Assembly (NCBI GenBank): GCA_038245905.1
Contig: JBBRRY010000031.1
Location: forward strand, 1 to 42,785
Origin: Thermoanaerobaculia bacterium
GTDB taxonomy: Bacteria; Acidobacteriota; Thermoanaerobaculia; UBA5066
Direction: 5' to 3'
Length of the DNA: 42,785 bases
Shown: piece by piece, positions 38,354-42,785 of the stretch
Position numbering within the stretch: position 1 is the first letter of the stretch
Layout of the letters: each line of letters opens with the position of its first letter
Notes under the pieces: model-generated
What the model was told of the DNA's origin: nothing
The model's input: only the letters and a program-made list of their open reading frames with translations
The model's database searches: none
Made by a program: the position numbers and the translations under genes

Positions 38354-39759
38354 GAGCCTGCGATCCGGTCCGCGAAGGCCAGGAGGCGGCGCTCCGTCGT
38401 CTCCCGGCCCATTACCTCGATCATCTCGAAGAGCGGCGGCGACGCGAGGACTCCGGTGAGCGCGAGCCGGGCCGGCTGGGCGAGCTCCCCGAGCTTGACG
38501 CCCTTCTCGGCGGCGAGGGCGCGGGCGGCCTCCTCGAGTGCGGCGTGCGCGAACGGCACGGCGGCGGACAGGCGCCCGGCCAGCTCCCGGACGAGAGAAG
38601 CCGTACCGGGCTTCCCGAACTTCTTCAGACCTGCCTCGTCGAAAGTCACCGGATCCGCGCCGTAGATCGCGAGCGACCGGGCGAGCTCGGCGAGCGTCCG
38701 GGCGCGGGAGCGGTGAAGATGGATCGCGCCGAGGAGAACGTCCTCGCTTGCGGCTGGAAGCGGGAACGGCTTCAACAGCGCGACGAGCCGCTCTACGGGA
38801 ATCTCCTGCAGGTACTGCCCGTTCATCCACGCTAGCTTCTCGTGATCGAAGCGCGAAGGCGACGCGCCGAGGCGCTCGAGCGAGAAGAGCGCGACCATCT
38901 CCGCGAGGCTCATGCGTTCCCGGTCGTCTCCGGGCGACCAGCCGAGGAGCGCGAGGAAGTTGTCGAGCGCTTCGGGAAGAAAGCCCTGCGCCTCGAACTC
39001 CTCGACGCCCGCCGCGCCGTGGCGCTTGCTGAGCTTCTTGCCGTCCGTGCCGAGGATCATGCCGAGGTGCGCGAAGACGGGCGCCGGGGCGTCGAGCGCG
39101 TGGAACAGCGCCACGTGCTTCGGCGCGTTCGGGAGGTGGTCGACGCCTCGGATGACGTGCGTGATTCCCATCGCGACGTCGTCGACGCAGACGGTGAAGT
39201 GATAGAGCGGATGGCCGTCCGAGCGCACGAGGACGAAGTCGTCGAGCGCCCCCGCAGGGAATTCCGTTTTCCCCTGGACGACGTCGTCCACGACGAGCGG
39301 CTCGTCCGGCACCCTGAGGCGGAGGACGAACTTCTCGCCAGCGGCGGCCCGCCTTTCGGACTCCTCCGCCGGGATCGCGCGCGCGCGGCCGTCGTAGCGG
39401 AAGGCGCTCCCGGCCGCTTCAGCGGCCTTCTTCATCGCATCGAGCTCTTCGGGCGTCTCGAAGGCGCGGTAGGCCTTGCCGGTCGCGAGGAGGCGGCCGG
39501 CCGCCTCGCGATAGAGGTCCTGCCGTTCGCTCTGAAAAAACGGGCCCTCGTCCCACGAGAGGCCGAGCCACGTCATCGCGTCGAGGATCTGCTCCGTGAG
39601 CTCCTTCCGGGAACGCTCGACGTCGGTGTCCTCGATCCGGAGGATGAACGTGCCGCCGTGCCGGCGCGCGAAAAGCCAGTTGTAGAGCGCCGTCCGCGCG
39701 CCGCCCACGTGAAGAGAGCCGGTCGGGGAGGGAGCGAAACGCACGCGGGGGGCGGTCAT
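38350..39759 (-). CDS. gltX: Glutamate--tRNA ligase
   Basis: [41 protein letters not shown], and a helical anticodon-binding domain. Confidence 0.96.
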
Positions 39760-39806
39760 CGGGCGGCGAGAATAGCAGCCGCGCTCTCAGGCATGATGCG
39801 CCGTTC

Positions 39807-40766
39807 ATGACCGCGCCGGCCGCCGTTTCCCTGCCCCCGGGCGAGGCCCTTCGGGCGGACCTCGTGCTCGTCGTCGTGACGGCGATCTGGGGGTCCACGT
39901 TCATCGTGAACCGGCTCGCGATCGAGACGGCCCCGCCGCTCCTCTTCGTCCTGGCCCGCTTTGCGCTCGCGGCTGCCGTTCTCTACCTGATCGCACGCGG
40001 CCGCCGGACGACGCCGAATCTCGTGCGCGATAGCGCGGCGGTCGGGCTTCTCCTCTCGGCAGGGATCGGATTCCAGGTGGTAGGCCAGCTCTTCACGACG
40101 GCCTCGAAGGCCGCCTTCGTGACGGGCCTCTCGGTGCCGCTCACACCCGTCGTGGGCTACCTCATGACGAGGAAGAAGCCGTCAAAGGAAAACCTCCTTG
40201 GCCTCCTGATCGCGGCCGCCGGTTTCGCGGTTCTCACGTCGCCGAGGGACGCCGGCTCGGGTGTGAACGTCGGCGACCTCCTGATCCTCGTAACGGCCGT
40301 CTCGTACGCGGTTCTCATCGTGATCGTGAGCGAGACGGCGCCGACGCACGACGTGCGCTGGTACTCGTTCGGTCAGATCGTCTTCGCGGCGATCGGAGTC
40401 GGTGCCGCGCGTCTCGCCGTCTCGCCATTCCTTCACGGCGCCGGAGCATTCTTACGGGCCGAGGCGCGTCCGCTCGTCTTCGACCGGACGATCATTCTTT
40501 CGATCCTTTGGATGGCGCTCGTCGCGACGGTCGTGACCTTCCTCGCTCAGACCTGGGCTCAGGCGCGCATGCCCGCGACGCACGCGGCGGTCATGTTCGC
40601 GCTCGAGCCCGTCTTCACCGCGTTCTTCGCGGCCCTGTTCCTGGGCGAGCGGTTGACGGGCGGCGACTGGGCCGGCGCGGCTCTCGTCCTCGCCGGCATC
40701 GTCGTGTCGGAGCTTCGCTTCGCGAGGGGATCCGGGAATCACTCCAGCGCGAACGTCACGTTGTAG
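39807..40766 (+). CDS. DMT superfamily / EamA family transporter
   Basis: IWGSTF, about ten hydrophobic segments, TTASKAAF, GDLL, ALEPVF, FLGE. The 3' end overlaps the convergent protease gene by 28 bp. Confidence 0.9.
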   Translation: MTAPAAVSLPPGEALRADLVLVVVTAIWGSTFIVNRLAIETAPPLLFVLARFALAAAVLYLIARGRRTTPNLVRDSAAVGLLLSAGIGFQVVGQLFTTASKAAFVTGLSVPLTPVVGYLMTRKKPSKENLLGLLIAAAGFAVLTSPRDAGSGVNVGDLLILVTAVSYAVLIVIVSETAPTHDVRWYSFGQIVFAAIGVGAARLAVSPFLHGAGAFLRAEARPLVFDRTIILSILWMALVATVVTFLAQTWAQARMPATHAAVMFALEPVFTAFFAALFLGERLTGGDWAGAALVLAGIVVSELRFARGSGNHSSANVTL

Positions 40767-42067
40767 AGATACGGCTCGCGGTAGACGGAGAGCATGAGGC
40801 TCGAACGCGAGAATCCGCCCTCGACGGCCTTCGCGAGCTCTTCGGCCGTCTTCACTTTCCGGTTGTTCACCGCGAGCAGGAGGTCGCCGCGATCGATCCC
40901 CTTGCTGTCGGCCAGCGAGATGCGCGTGACGGCGGAGACCATCGGCCCGTTGCGCGTGTCGCGAACGACGATCCCGAGCTCACGCCTCAGGATCTCGAGA
41001 CCAAGGTCGTCGGGCGTGCGCTCGGTCGTCAGGTGCGCCGTGCGCTCCTGGCCGTCGCGCCGGAAAGCGACCACGAGGGCGCGCCCCGTACCGGCGGAGG
41101 CGAGAGCGGTATCGAAGTCGTCGCGCCCCTCGACGGGTCGCCCGTCGATTGCGACCACGACGTCGCCTGGTTCGAGGCCCGCGCGCGCAGCCGGCGAGTC
41201 GGGATAGACGGAGCGCACGCGGAGGCCCTGTCCACGCGGTCCCGGCCGAGCCACCCCGAGCGACACGCTCGTCCCCCGGAGGCCAAGCCAGACGGACTTG
41301 ACCTCGCCGTAGTGGAGTAATTCCTCCACGACTCGTCGCGCGCGGTCGATCGGAATCGCGAAGCCGATCGAGTTCGCGCCTCCGACGATCGCGGTGTTGA
41401 TGCCGATGAGCTCGCCGAGGACGTTCACGAGCGCTCCGCCGGAGTTCCCGGGATTGATCGCGGCGTCCGTCTGGAGGAAATCCGAGTATTTCCGCCCCGA
41501 CTCGCCCTTCACGGTGCGGTGCACGGCCGAGACGATGCCCGTCGTGACCGTGTTCGAGAGCCCGAAGGGGTTCCCGATCGCGATGACCGTCTCGCCGATC
41601 ATGAGATCCGCGGTCGTGCCGATCCGGACGGCCTTGAGGTTCTTCGCGTCCACGGTCAGGACCGCGAGGTCGTTGTCGGCGTCCGCGCCCTCCAGCTTCG
41701 CCTCGAGCTCACGCCCGTCGGCGGTGGTGACCCAGATACGCGACGCGCCCGAGATGACGTGGTCGTTCGTGACGACGACGCCCGATGCGTCGAGGAGGAC
41801 GCCCGAGCCGAGAGATTCCGTCTTGTAGCCTCGAGGACGCGCGTCGAACCCGAAGAACGAGTCGAGCGAGCTTCGCCTTTGCTGGACGAGCTTCTCCGCC
41901 GAGATGTTGACGACGGCCGGCCCGACCCTTTCGATCGCCTCGACGATCTGCGTGCGTCGTTCCGCGCGCGTGTCCGGGGGCGCGGGAGCGGGCGGGGGCA
42001 CGGACCGCTGCGAAGAAGCGGCGGGCGACCACAGGACGAAGATGAGGAACGCGAGCCGGCTTGACAT
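40739..42067 (-). CDS. HtrA/DegP-family serine protease with PDZ domains
   Basis: Signal peptide, GSGV, TNDHV, DLAVL, AIGNPFGL, QTDAAINPGNSGG, two PDZ-like segments. Start is 42067 or 42085. Confidence 0.92.
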   Translation of the reverse strand: MSSRLAFLIFVLWSPAASSQRSVPPPAPAPPDTRAERRTQIVEAIERVGPAVVNISAEKLVQQRRSSLDSFFGFDARPRGYKTESLGSGVLLDASGVVVTNDHVISGASRIWVTTADGRELEAKLEGADADNDLAVLTVDAKNLKAVRIGTTADLMIGETVIAIGNPFGLSNTVTTGIVSAVHRTVKGESGRKYSDFLQTDAAINPGNSGGALVNVLGELIGINTAIVGGANSIGFAIPIDRARRVVEELLHYGEVKSVWLGLRGTSVSLGVARPGPRGQGLRVRSVYPDSPAARAGLEPGDVVVAIDGRPVEGRDDFDTALASAGTGRALVVAFRRDGQERTAHLTTERTPDDLGLEILRRELGIVVRDTRNGPMVSAVTRISLADSKGIDRGDLLLAVNNRKVKTAEELAKAVEGGFSRSSLMLSVYREPYLYNVTFALE

Positions 42068-42102
42068 TCTTCGTTGCGTTCGCATTATGGTAACTCGTCA
42101 CC

Positions 42103-42785
42103 ATGAAGATCGCCTCGGACATCACGAAGCTCGTCGGCGGCACGCCGCTCGTGCGGCTCAACCGCGTGACGGCGGGGATCGCGCCGGGCGCCATCGTGGC
42201 GGGAAAGCTGGAGTTTTTCAATCCCGCGCACTCGGTGAAGGATCGCATCGGCGTCGCCATGATCGAGGTGCTCGAGAAGGCGGGAAAGATCTCACCGGGA
42301 AAGACGGTCCTCATCGAACCCACGTCGGGAAACACGGGCATCGGCCTCGCGTTCGTCGCGGCGGCCCGCGGATATCGTCTCATCCTCACGATGCCCGAGA
42401 CGATGTCGATCGAACGGCGCAAGGTGCTGAAGCTCCTGGGCGCCGAGGTCGTGCTGACTCCCGGTCCGATGGGCATGAAGGGTGCGATCGCGAAGGCGCA
42501 GGAGCTCCTCGCCGAGTACGGCGCGAACGGCGTCCAGCCGCAGCAGTTCGAGAACCCGGCGAACCCGGCGATTCACGAGGCCACGACGGCCGTCGAGCTC
42601 TGGAACGACACGGACGGGAAGATGGACATCTTCGTCGCCGGCGTCGGGACGGGCGGCACGATGACGGGCGTCGGCCGGTACTGGAAACCGAAGAAGCCTT
42701 CCGTGCGCCTCGTCGCCGTCGAGCCCACGGCGTCCCCGGTTCTTTCGGGCGGCGCACCCGGCCCGCACAAGATCCAGGGCATCGG
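42103..42785 (+). CDS. cysK: Cysteine synthase A (3' end outside the window)
   Basis: Absent from the ORF track because there is no stop in the window. Read manually: [19 protein letters not shown]...[16 protein letters not shown]...EPTSGNTG...QQFENPAN...AGVGTGGT...PHKIQGI. Confidence 0.95.
   Translation, partial: MKIASDITKLVGGTPLVRLNRVTAGIAPGAIVAGKLEFFNPAHSVKDRIGVAMIEVLEKAGKISPGKTVLIEPTSGNTGIGLAFVAAARGYRLILTMPETMSIERRKVLKLLGAEVVLTPGPMGMKGAIAKAQELLAEYGANGVQPQQFENPANPAIHEATTAVELWNDTDGKMDIFVAGVGTGGTMTGVGRYWKPKKPSVRLVAVEPTASPVLSGGAPGPHKIQGI

Overview
A high-GC chromosomal window, mostly housekeeping genes. Gene content (Oar-type TonB-dependent receptor, tandem sulfatase-like/TPR lipoproteins, futalosine pathway) suggests Acidobacteriota, but this is an inference. 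In order it holds: the 3' part of uvrA, a conserved hypothetical gene, tRNA-Lys(CTT), an S9 peptidase, tRNA-Leu(TAG), and tig-clpP-clpX-lon-yihA-rho. That cluster is interrupted by an antisense DUF3943-like outer-membrane gene and a secreted Zn-PLC/P1-nuclease-like gene. Next come a truncated RelE/ParE toxin remnant, ppk2, a CPA2 antiporter, a TPP riboswitch ahead of a TonB-dependent receptor plus a NadR-type kinase, and mqnA-mqnC. On the minus strand, a 1006-aa TonB-dependent receptor precedes three coupled sulfatase-like/TPR lipoproteins that all carry Thr where sulfatases have the formylglycine-precursor Cys/Ser. The window ends with pruA, a rhodanese, a small basic AT-hook protein, tRNA-Gln(CTG), a VanZ-like remnant, glnS-gltX, an EamA transporter, an HtrA protease and the 5' part of cysK. 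No CRISPR array, integrase or transposase was seen. The best candidates for new biology are the receptor plus triple Thr-type 'sulfatase'-TPR module, the TPP-regulated receptor plus NadR-like kinase lacking PnuC, and the AT-hook repeat protein. All family assignments come from motif recognition by eye; no database searches were run.
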